From Polyangia bacterium (GTDB lineage Bacteria > Myxococcota_A > Polyangia > HGW-17), in assembly GCA_041686345.1 (NCBI GenBank), contig JAWLEA010000001.1, forward strand, positions 20,516-84,515: a stretch of 64,000 nt of DNA, read 5' to 3'. Made by a program: the position numbers and the translations under genes. The notes below the pieces were generated by a model. The model did no database searches, was not told the origin of the DNA, and saw nothing but the letters and a program-made list of their open reading frames with translations. Numbering within the stretch: the first letter of the stretch is position 1; each line of letters begins with the position of its first letter. Below, piece after piece: positions 1-8,159 of this stretch.

Positions 1-20
1 CCAGACGTCAACTATAGTTA

Positions 21-171
21 GTTCCCATCCCAAAAATGGATGTCATCGTCTGGCAACGGAAATTGGATTAATCTGCTTTGTCATAACTTTTTGAAATAGT
101 GTCAACTATGTCTGCAAAGTTATTCCGCGCATCTCAATCCAATTTCTTCCCCAGCCAAAAACCCCACTTCT
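21..171 (+). mobile_element. MITE-like ~162-bp interspersed element, copy A (right terminal inverted repeat missing)
   Basis: nt 21-171 align with the other copies (GTTCCCATCCCAAAAATGGATGTCATCGTCTGG...CTTTTTGAAATAGTGTCAACTATGTC...CCACTTCT). The final GGGATGGGAAC is absent and the sequence continues TATTTAGCGG into the stop codon of the adjacent CDS. Confidence 0.8.
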
Positions 172-1235
172 TATTTAGCGGTTTTTTCTTTCATTTTGGT
201 TTCTACACACTTGGTAAACTGATCACAGGTGATATCTTTGCTTGAACATTGCAGCATAATATCAAAGACAAGTGGCTTTTGTTGAAGGCTGCATTTTTTT
301 ATGAACATCTCCTTGATCTTTTTAATTTCCTTTTTCAATATTTTTTTATCAATGGGTTTTTCATAAACCAATTTGCCATGATCGACCAGTTTATTATAGA
401 TTTTCTCAGGTTTTATTCCTTTATCGGCCAATTTTTTGGATTCTTCCAGGCTCATTTCAATTAATTGAACGATATTTTGATTTTTTCCCAGTTTTTTTCC
501 GTTGATATATAAGGTAGGAGTAGCATTAACCTTAATCTGGTTGGCAAATTTTACCTGTTTTTCAATTATGGGATAATTCTTGTTGGCCTCAAGGTTTTTG
601 CGATATTTTTTGAGATCAACTCCAAGTTTTTTTAATAGAGGTTTCAGGGATTTCACTTCCAGGCTTTTGTCCGGATCAAATTTGTTTTCCGATTTGGTTT
701 TAGCCATCAGAAAATCTTCAGAAAACTGCTTTTGATTGTAAAAGAGGACATCATGCATGGTCCAATAAGCTTCATTGCCTTTTTGGCGATAAACTTCAAG
801 GGCAGCCTGAGCCGCCAGATTAGCAAAAACGTGATAATTCAAGGGGAAATTTTTGAAAACAAGTTTTATTTTACCTTTATATTTATCGAGTAATTTGGGA
901 AGAATATTCAAACTCCAATAACGACAGGCAGGGCATTGGTAATCGGTAAATTCAACAATGGTGACAGGGGCATTTTTACTGCCTTTCCAAGGGGAGTCGC
1001 CAACTTTTACGTTGTAAATATCGGTGGTGGTCTTTATAAAACAGGAATTGTGCCTTTCAAAAAGCTGGTTGCAGGTTGTTTTGTCTTTTTTGTTTTCAAC
1101 CTGTTTTTTTTCCTTTTTATTCAGCAGGTTTTTTCCAAGATCTTTTTCCTCCTGGTCTTCTTTGTCTGGAGTTGTATTTTGTTTGTTACAGCCACTTAGA
1201 ATGAATAATAAAATAATCAAATACTTAAAACGCAT
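171..1235 (-). CDS. DsbA-family thiol:disulfide oxidoreductase lipoprotein (paralogue 1)
   Basis: ORF 171..1283. The internal ATG at 1235 has GGAG about 8 nt upstream. There is a lipoprotein signal MRFKYLIILLFILSGC and a thioredoxin-fold active site FTDYQCPACRYW (CxxC). Confidence 0.8.
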   Translation of the reverse strand: MRFKYLIILLFILSGCNKQNTTPDKEDQEEKDLGKNLLNKKEKKQVENKKDKTTCNQLFERHNSCFIKTTTDIYNVKVGDSPWKGSKNAPVTIVEFTDYQCPACRYWSLNILPKLLDKYKGKIKLVFKNFPLNYHVFANLAAQAALEVYRQKGNEAYWTMHDVLFYNQKQFSEDFLMAKTKSENKFDPDKSLEVKSLKPLLKKLGVDLKKYRKNLEANKNYPIIEKQVKFANQIKVNATPTLYINGKKLGKNQNIVQLIEMSLEESKKLADKGIKPEKIYNKLVDHGKLVYEKPIDKKILKKEIKKIKEMFIKKCSLQQKPLVFDIMLQCSSKDITCDQFTKCVETKMKEKTAK

Positions 1236-1330
1236 AGTTGTCTCCGGATAGGGTGTTTTTGATACAAATTTTGATATCTGCACATTTATTACTTTTACTA
1301 CCGCACTGGTGCAGAATGTAATAATAGTTG

Positions 1331-2185
1331 CTACGGTTCATTTTGTCGGAATTGGTTTTTAAATTGAGCCAGTTCTTTTTTAACAGCTTTTTCCTCAAGT
1401 TTGCGCTTGAAAACAGCTTTTTTGTGGTTGGTCATGTAGTTATAGACTTTTTTTCTTGGAGTTCCTGCCTTGACCAGATTGCCTGCGTACTTGAGTTGAG
1501 TTTCAATCAATTCTTCCAACCCCTGATCGTCAAGTTTTATTCCATTGACAAAAATCCAGGGGGTCCCTTCCACTTTGACTTTTTTCCCAAGATTGATATC
1601 AGTTTTTACCAATTTGTCAGGTAGGTTTTTATCCAACTTGTTTTTGAGGAGTTCAGGATCAATTCCCTGTTCTACTGCTGTTTTCAAAATAAAATTTTTG
1701 TCCAATTTTTTGCTGTTGGCAAAAATTATGTCGTGGTATTTCCAGAAAGCAGCATTACCTTTTTCTTGTTTGAGCACCATTCCCACCTTGGAAGCAAGGA
1801 GGGCCTCGGTATGGTAGGAAAGGGGATAATTTTTAAATACCACCCGCAAATCTCCCGAATATTTTTTTACTAATTGGTTGAATTTCAAAGCCATCTTTGC
1901 ACAATAAGGACATTGAAAATCAGTAAATTCTACAATGGTAACCAGAGCATTTTTGTTGCCTTTAACAGGAGAATGTTCCACCGGAAGATTATAAATTTTC
2001 TGAGTTCGGCTGACAAAACATTTGCCATATTTTGCAAAAAGAGATTCGCAGTTTAATTTGTCCAAAGCCTTTTCAGGCTGGGATTTTGAATTCTTTTCAG
2101 GTCCGAGTTTGACGACTTCTTCATCTTCTTTACAGGAAAAGAAGAGGTTTGATATTATTATAAGCAGCACAAACAGATTTTTCAT
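1331..2185 (-). CDS. DsbA-family thiol:disulfide oxidoreductase lipoprotein (paralogue 2)
   Basis: Signal plus lipobox MKNLFVLLIIISNLFFSC. The CxxC motif is FTDFQCPYCAKM. It has the same N-terminal Cys pair and architecture as 171..1235. Confidence 0.8.
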   Translation of the reverse strand: MKNLFVLLIIISNLFFSCKEDEEVVKLGPEKNSKSQPEKALDKLNCESLFAKYGKCFVSRTQKIYNLPVEHSPVKGNKNALVTIVEFTDFQCPYCAKMALKFNQLVKKYSGDLRVVFKNYPLSYHTEALLASKVGMVLKQEKGNAAFWKYHDIIFANSKKLDKNFILKTAVEQGIDPELLKNKLDKNLPDKLVKTDINLGKKVKVEGTPWIFVNGIKLDDQGLEELIETQLKYAGNLVKAGTPRKKVYNYMTNHKKAVFKRKLEEKAVKKELAQFKNQFRQNEP

Positions 2186-3024
2186 TTTGACTTCTCCCTG
2201 TCCTTGTTTAAGGAAAATTTGATCCAGTGTTTATACTTGGGATATTTGGCAAGTCCCTCCAGGATATGACCGGAAACCGAAAACAAAGGAAGTTCAGGGG
2301 AAAAATCAAGTTTCCGAATGAGGTTGTTGACTTGTTTAAGTCTTTTTATATCTGAATTTCCTGTTGCTGACAACCCGGGTAGTTTTTCCAACTTATTTTT
2401 CCCGGTTTTTTCGGTTAAAACATTTTGAATAAAATTATGGAAATCCTCGTTGCCCTTATTCCAGAAAATGAGCAAACTCTTGCGATTGATTTCAGCCTGG
2501 TTGGAGATCCAGGGAATCAGCAAGATTTTTATTTCCTTAAATTGTTCTGACAATTTTTTGAGTTGCTGGTAAAATATTTTGGTTGTAGAGGAGTTGAAGT
2601 CAGCTAAAGCGATAATAGTTAATCGGGGATTAATATTGTTGCCGAGCCAGGGCAATTTGACTCGGGGATTCATTTTGATAATTTTTGCTTTTTGATAGTC
2701 TCTTTTATATATTTTCTGAGCAATACAAGTACGAAATCGAGTACAATTCTGATTGGATTTTTTTAGGCAAACTCTGATAATTTCCATTCTTTGTTGCCAA
2801 TCTTTTTTGGTGCGACATAAACGGGCAAATTCCTGAATATGTTGCTTCTTAAGTTGGAGATCGGAATCAAGATGGGGTTTGGTGCAATGAAGATAGCGTC
2901 GAGACAAAGTGATACAATCAATTTTTTCAGTAGATATCTTTTCGGTTTGAGAGGATTTATCGTTTTTTTTACATGAAATATTCAGAATCAGAGCCAATAT
3001 CAAGGACAAGAGGATTTTATACAT
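2182..3024 (-). CDS. DsbA-like lipoprotein paralogue lacking the CxxC active site
   Basis: Lipobox MYKILLSLILALILNISC. The position equivalent to CxxC reads LADFNSSTTKIF. There is a 4-nt ATGA overlap with the downstream paralogue and an 8-nt overlap with the ymdB-like gene upstream. Confidence 0.6.
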   Translation of the reverse strand: MYKILLSLILALILNISCKKNDKSSQTEKISTEKIDCITLSRRYLHCTKPHLDSDLQLKKQHIQEFARLCRTKKDWQQRMEIIRVCLKKSNQNCTRFRTCIAQKIYKRDYQKAKIIKMNPRVKLPWLGNNINPRLTIIALADFNSSTTKIFYQQLKKLSEQFKEIKILLIPWISNQAEINRKSLLIFWNKGNEDFHNFIQNVLTEKTGKNKLEKLPGLSATGNSDIKRLKQVNNLIRKLDFSPELPLFSVSGHILEGLAKYPKYKHWIKFSLNKDREKSK

Positions 3025-3835
3025 CTATATTAATCCTCTTTAATTTGAGGCAATTTCCGGTTTCTGGATCAAGACAGGCAAAAATACCCTGAAAATGAAT
3101 ATCTTTGCCGGAGGGGACAAATTTTGAGGGCAAATGGTGAATATTGTAATGTAAAATACCTTCGGGTTTCATGCCCAGAATGCTAGAAGAGCTTCCACAT
3201 ATACCCAAGTCGGTGATTGTTCCGGTTCCTTTGGGTAGAATACGGGCGTCGGCTGTTTGGACATGGGTATGGGTGCCAACTGCCAGAGAAACTCTGCCAT
3301 CAAGGTGGTGGGCAAGACTGATTTTTTCTCCGGTAGCTTCGGCATGAAAATCAACGAGATAATAGCGGGCGGGATTTTGCTGCAAAAGAGTGTCAACTGC
3401 ATTAAAAGGATTGTCAGCGTTTTCCATATATACTTGTCCGGCAAGATTGATAACACAAATATCCCCCTTGGGGTGAGAAATGGTGATTACTCCGTTGCCG
3501 GGAGTTTTGTCAGAACCCAAATTATGGGGACGCAAAATTTGTGGTTTTTTATTGAGGACTTTGTGGATGGAAAAAGCTTTGAGAGTATGATTGCCTCCGG
3601 TGACGACATCGATTTCACTGTTGAGAAGAGTTTGAGCAGAATTGGCGTTCATGCCAAAACAATCGGCATTTTCTCCGTTGACTGCGATGAAGTCAAGTTT
3701 CCATTCTTTTTTCATTTGAGGCAGATGTTTTTTTATTTTAGCAACACTGGCAGGACCAACCACATCACCCAAAAAGAGGATGCTCAAACTATGGGGGCAT
3801 TCAAAAGGAGGGGGAGAAAATCGCTTATTTGGCAT
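3017..3835 (-). CDS. ymdB: YmdB-family metallophosphoesterase
   Basis: Motifs ILFLGDVVG, AVNGENA, VVTGGNHT, DFHAEATGEK and GTHTHVQTAD. The start overlaps the rny stop by 11 nt, matching the rny-ymdB pairing known from Bacillus. Confidence 0.8.
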   Translation of the reverse strand: MPNKRFSPPPFECPHSLSILFLGDVVGPASVAKIKKHLPQMKKEWKLDFIAVNGENADCFGMNANSAQTLLNSEIDVVTGGNHTLKAFSIHKVLNKKPQILRPHNLGSDKTPGNGVITISHPKGDICVINLAGQVYMENADNPFNAVDTLLQQNPARYYLVDFHAEATGEKISLAHHLDGRVSLAVGTHTHVQTADARILPKGTGTITDLGICGSSSSILGMKPEGILHYNIHHLPSKFVPSGKDIHFQGIFACLDPETGNCLKLKRINIDV

Positions 3836-5396
3836 AGTCCACAGCCCTTGTTTCTCTGATTACGTTGACTTTGATTTGCCCGGGATAGGCCAGGTGATTT
3901 TCGATTTTGGCAGCAATGTCTTTGGCCAAAACCAGAACTCCCTTGTCATTGACGTTGCGGTTTTCAACCATAACTCTGATCTCTCTGCCTGATTGAATTG
4001 CATAAGCTTTTTTGACTTGTTTGAAAGATTTGCAAAGATCTTCAAGATCTTCGAGTCTCTGGATATAGGAAGCGAAATCTTCTTTGCGGGCTCCGGGACG
4101 CTGGGCGGAAATCTGGTTGGCAATCTGGACGATATGATCGAGAAGTGATTTTGGTTCAACTTCGTTGTGATGGCTGGCAATTGTTTGAATAATCAAAGCC
4201 GATTCTCCATATTTTTTTGCCAAAATTGCCCCCACAGCTGCATGAGAACCTTCTTTTTTGTGGTTGACGGTTTTGCCGATATCATGCAGAAGTCCGGCTC
4301 TGCGGGCGTTTTTTGTGCCTATGTTCAATTCTGAAGCAATTACACCTGCGATATATCCGGTTTCAATGGAGTGTTTCAACAGGTTTTGACCATAGGAGGA
4401 ACGGTATTTCAAGGTTCCGATGTGGTATAAAAGTCCCGGGTGAATTTTCTGGAGCCCCATGTCGAAAACTATCTGTTCACCTTCTTTTTTACATTTGGCA
4501 TTGAGATCATTTTCACATTTTTCCACGATATTTTCGATGCGGGTAGGATGGATGCGACCATCGGCAATCAGTCTTTCCAGAGCCATTTTGGCGACTTCTC
4601 TTCTGACTGGATTGAATGAACTCAGGACAACAGCTTCAGGAGTGTCATCAATAATTACATCAACTCCGGTTACAGCCTCGAAAACCCTGATATTTCTACC
4701 TTCACGACCGATAATTCTGCCTTTCATGTCGTCTTTGGGCAAGGGGATGACACTGACTGTTCTTTCGGAAATATAGTCACTGGCATATCTCTGGATTGAA
4801 GTTATGATGATATTTTTAACCAGGCGATCGATTTTTTTGTTGGTTTCTTCTTCTATTTTTTCAATATCTTGAACTGCAGCATTGCGGGCTTCGGAGATAA
4901 TTTTGTCTTCAAGAGCCTTTAAAGCTTCCTGTTTGTTCATCCCCGTAATATTTTCCAGTTCGTTTTTAACCTTTTGCAATTTTTTTTCAGATTCATCGAG
5001 TTGCTGGTTAACCCGTTTTTCTTTGTCACTGACAGACTGCTCTTTTGTTTTTAGTTTTTTTTCTCGATTTTCCAGATTGTTTTCGAGCTTTTCCAGCTTT
5101 TTTTCTCTTCTGGTAATTCGTTTTTCTTTTCCTCTGAGGGTTTTCTGAGCCTTTTTGTTTTCTTTTTCAACTTTGGTTTTAGCTTTGAGGATAAGCTCAT
5201 TTCGCTCAATAGCAGCTTTTTGCAAAGTTGATTCAGCCTCTTTTTTGGCATCTTCAACCAATGATTTTGCATCCTCTCCTGCTTTTTCTTTGTTTTTTCT
5301 GTTTTTTCTTTTGGACAGGTAGATGCCCAGAAAAATTCCTGCACCCGTGCCTGCCAAACCCGAAATAATAATGATGATGATGTTTAATACATCCAC
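3825..5396 (-). CDS. rny: Ribonuclease Y
   Basis: N-terminal TM helix, a Lys/Glu-rich coiled coil, a KH domain (GRIIGREGRNIR) and an HD domain (GLLHDIGK). GTG start preceded by AAGGAGGTG. Confidence 0.92.
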   Translation of the reverse strand: MDVLNIIIIIISGLAGTGAGIFLGIYLSKRKNRKNKEKAGEDAKSLVEDAKKEAESTLQKAAIERNELILKAKTKVEKENKKAQKTLRGKEKRITRREKKLEKLENNLENREKKLKTKEQSVSDKEKRVNQQLDESEKKLQKVKNELENITGMNKQEALKALEDKIISEARNAAVQDIEKIEEETNKKIDRLVKNIIITSIQRYASDYISERTVSVIPLPKDDMKGRIIGREGRNIRVFEAVTGVDVIIDDTPEAVVLSSFNPVRREVAKMALERLIADGRIHPTRIENIVEKCENDLNAKCKKEGEQIVFDMGLQKIHPGLLYHIGTLKYRSSYGQNLLKHSIETGYIAGVIASELNIGTKNARRAGLLHDIGKTVNHKKEGSHAAVGAILAKKYGESALIIQTIASHHNEVEPKSLLDHIVQIANQISAQRPGARKEDFASYIQRLEDLEDLCKSFKQVKKAYAIQSGREIRVMVENRNVNDKGVLVLAKDIAAKIENHLAYPGQIKVNVIRETRAVDYAK

Positions 5397-6173
5397 AATT
5401 CACCTCCTTGGTTTGATCGTGAGATCTTCCAATTTGGTGAATAGATTCATTTGATTGTATAAATTTGATACCAGAGCCGGTCCTGGATGATATCCCGGTT
5501 GGATGAATTCAGTTCAACTAAAAACTGATTTGGATATCAAAAAGGGATCTTGCAATACCGATAATAGTTGAAAGCTTCGGATTGCAGGTGGTTTCAAATT
5601 CAGGATTTTCTAATCCTTGGATAAAAACCGGATTCAAGCTATTACAGTCAAAAGTTTATTTAGGTATTGTCTGTTTAACTGGTCAAAACTTTTTATGATT
5701 TGATAACTGATAAAATTATTGAGGATTTAATCATTTACCAAAACAGGCAACGGTGCTTAAAAAATTTTGCATTCAAAGGCATAAAATCAGTCGGCACAGG
5801 AATCTGTATTTGAAAAAATTAAATCCTGAAATTTACACAGAGCTCAAATCCGGGGAGTAAACCGGAATCTGTTCTGAAAGTGAAAACAGATTGGAGTCAT
5901 GTTTTCAAAAACAGGATATTGCATTATCTGCGACAAAATAAGGTGTCGGAGGACTTTTGCATATCACAGTAAAAGCTGACACAACAATTTGATTAAATTG
6001 CTGTGGGTTGAATGAGTGGTTCAGCCAGATTCAGGATTATTTGAATCTATTCAACAAGTTTTTATTATAAACGCCTCACTAGCGGTAAAAAAGTTATGAA
6101 ATTTAAGTTTAAATCTGTTTGTAACTCAAAACCAGTTTGTTCGCCTGTATCTGTAAAAGGTTTGAACTGTTTG

Positions 6174-6461
6174 TTAAACTTGGTTGTCTGAGATGGAAAC
6201 CAGATAGTTTTGAATTTTTGAGTTTTTTTGATCAATTTGAGAGAGTACTTTTTTGAAGGTTTCTCTTTCTTGGGCCAGTTCTTCAGCCAAGTTAATAATA
6301 ACCAGAATAGCAGCTCTCAGATTGAAGTCTTTGTTTCCTTCGGTGACTTGCAGGATCTTTTCGTTGATTCCATCTGCCAGTTTGAGGAGTTTGTCTGAGT
6401 TTTCTGTTTTAAGATTAATACTTTGACCACCGATATCAATTTTAACAGTTTCTAAACTCAT
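6174..6461 (-). CDS. zapA: Cell division protein ZapA-like
   Basis: Small protein MSLETVKIDIGGQSINLKTENSDKLLKLADGINEKI... with a C-terminal coiled coil, which is the typical ZapA pattern. The ATG at 6461 has GAGG 5-6 nt upstream; the track ORF begins at an upstream TTG (6485). Confidence 0.6.
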   Translation of the reverse strand: MSLETVKIDIGGQSINLKTENSDKLLKLADGINEKILQVTEGNKDFNLRAAILVIINLAEELAQERETFKKVLSQIDQKNSKIQNYLVSISDNQV

Positions 6462-6859
6462 TTTTACCTCATTAGTTCTTATCAAACTGAAAATTTCTTA
6501 ATTATTACAGTTTTTTGCAATAGCAGCCCTTGGGAACAAGAGCCAAGGGGATTGGCTTAATAACCACTTGATTATGAAGTCAAAAAAAATATGATTCTTG
6601 CGATTCTTTTATATAAACATAATCTTTATTGTCAAGCTGAACTGTTTGTAAAAACATCTATATTCTGGTATTGCCAGCAGGGCAAAGGATATGATTTTTT
6701 TTTCGGATATTTTTTTTTGGGATTACTTCTGTTTTTTCTTGCCATTGATTTAATCTTGCTGCATAACATTGCCTGAATTCAGAATTGAAGTTTAAACCTG
6801 TATTCAGATAAAGCTTCAGTTAATATCGGTATTTTCCGGTCATTTGCCAACCAAACATA

Positions 6860-6888
6860 TTGACGTTTGCAATATTCCTGAGTTATAT
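6860..6888 (+). promoter_or_regulatory. Candidate sigma-70 promoter of the tRNA pair
   Basis: TTGACG (6860-6865), a 17-nt spacer, then TTATAT (6883-6888), with overlapping TATATT/TATTAT alternatives. It lies about 20 nt upstream of the tRNA 5-prime end at 6911. Confidence 0.5.
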
Positions 6889-6910
6889 TATATTCAGGGT
6901 TCAGATACTT

Positions 6911-6987
6911 GGCTCTGTGGCCCAATTGGCAGAGGCGCTCGACTCAAAATCGAGAGGTTCTGGGTTCGACTCCCAGCAGAGCCACCA
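6911..6987 (+). tRNA. tRNA with anticodon CAA (decodes UUG/Leu) but a class-I body (5-nt variable loop); CCA encoded
   Basis: Manual cloverleaf. The acceptor GGCTCTG/CAGAGCC has 7 perfect pairs and the discriminator is A. The anticodon stem is CTCGA/TCGAG with loop CTCAAAA. The variable loop is AGGTT. The T arm is CTGGG-TTCGACT-CCCAG. The 3-prime CCA is encoded. Confidence 0.8.
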
Positions 6988-6995
6988 CATCTTTT

Positions 6996-7081
6996 GCCCG
7001 GATGGCGGAATAGGTAGACGCAGCGGACTTAAAATCCGCCGGGATTCATCTCCTGTACCGGTTCGATTCCGGTTCTGGGCA
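6996..7081 (+). tRNA. tRNA-Leu (anticodon TAA), class II with long variable arm
   Basis: Acceptor GCCCGGA/TCTGGGC, D arm GCGGAATAGGTAGACGC, anticodon stem GCGGA/TCCGC with loop CTTAAAA, long variable arm CGGGATTCATCTCCTGT, T arm ACCGG-TTCGATT-CCGGT, discriminator A. No CCA is encoded. Confidence 0.9.
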
Positions 7082-7083
7082 CA

Positions 7084-7887
7084 ATGAAACTACAAAAACC
7101 CCCTGCACTTCTTCTCGATCTCGATGGAACCTTGTATGTAGGTTCACAAATGCTGGAATCTACAGTTGATTTTCTTGAATTTTTGAGAACTCAAAAGATT
7201 CCCCATCTTTTTCTAACCAATAACTCTTCACGCAGTGCCAGAGAATATTACGAAAAATTAAAAAATAAGGGCATTGTTCTTCAAGAATCCCAAGTTCTTA
7301 CCAGTGGTGATGCTACAATTTCCTACCTGCAAAAGCATACTGAATACCAAAAAATTTATCTTATGGGCACCCCTTCACTGGAGCAAGATTTTCAAAGAGC
7401 GGGTTTTCAACTCACTGCAGAAGATCCTCAGTGCGTGGTTCTTGGTTATGATACCCAAATTACTTATCAAAAACTAGAAACAGCCTCCCGATTTTTGTAT
7501 GATGGTTTGCCATATATGGCTACTCATCCCGATCTGACTTGTATTACAGAAACAGGTCTTATTCCGGATACAGGTTTTTTTATAGCGGGATTCAGATTGA
7601 TGACAGGCAGAACTCCTGTAATTTTGGGGAAACCATCTGCAAATATGCTTGAGGCTGCTCTGGAACGTATGCAGATAGAGTTTTCACCCAAAATTCTAAT
7701 GGTGGGAGATCAACTTGATACTGATATTAAACTGGGGGTGGATAATGGAATTACTTCGGCTCTCATGCTTTCAGGGGAAACCTCATTGCCCGAGGTAGAG
7801 GAATATTCCCTTTCTCCCCATTTTATCTATAAACACAATGGTCAATTGTTGGAAGATCTCCGAAAGTTGTATTCTGAGGGATCTTAA
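7084..7887 (+). CDS. HAD-superfamily hydrolase, subfamily IIA (NagD-like sugar phosphatase)
   Basis: Motifs LLDLDGTLY, FLTNNSS, LGKPS and MVGDQLDTDI. The catalytic DxDGT motif begins at residue 12, so the start at 7084 is required. Confidence 0.8.
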   Translation: MKLQKPPALLLDLDGTLYVGSQMLESTVDFLEFLRTQKIPHLFLTNNSSRSAREYYEKLKNKGIVLQESQVLTSGDATISYLQKHTEYQKIYLMGTPSLEQDFQRAGFQLTAEDPQCVVLGYDTQITYQKLETASRFLYDGLPYMATHPDLTCITETGLIPDTGFFIAGFRLMTGRTPVILGKPSANMLEAALERMQIEFSPKILMVGDQLDTDIKLGVDNGITSALMLSGETSLPEVEEYSLSPHFIYKHNGQLLEDLRKLYSEGS

Positions 7888-8159
7888 AATCACCAAAAGA
7901 CATCAGGATGCAAAAGAAGGGTTTTTGGGAATACAGCCTAAAGGGGAAATAATAATTTATTTTGCTATTTTTTCAAAACAATCTATTATATTCTTTTGAT
8001 ATCTCAAATAACGATATTAGCTCCTAAAATTATTGGCTGTATTAATACTTATTTAATACTCAAGAAATCTCATAATCTTAAAAATTATCTTTAAAAAATT
8101 ATGATTCTTGCAGATATTTGTTATTTTTGTTAAAAATTTCCATATAAATGAGGAAATAA

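Noticed and set aside
3257-3859. A 200-aa plus-strand ORF opposite ymdB, a 196-aa plus-strand ORF 22778..23368 opposite the sigma-54 activator, and 40244..40750 opposite the Cys-rich lipoprotein.
   Set aside because: They have no recognisable motifs or SD and lie fully inside strongly supported genes on the other strand.
6583-6603. A shared ~18-nt motif AAAAAA(T)TATGATTCTTGC at 6583-6603 and 8094-8112.
   Set aside because: There are only two occurrences in AT-rich intergenic DNA with different downstream context. It contains TTGC but no -24 GG, so it is not a sigma-54 site. This is probably chance, and I could not support a function.
6860-7087. A 75-aa plus-strand ORF.
   Set aside because: It is the translation of the two tRNA genes and their promoter.
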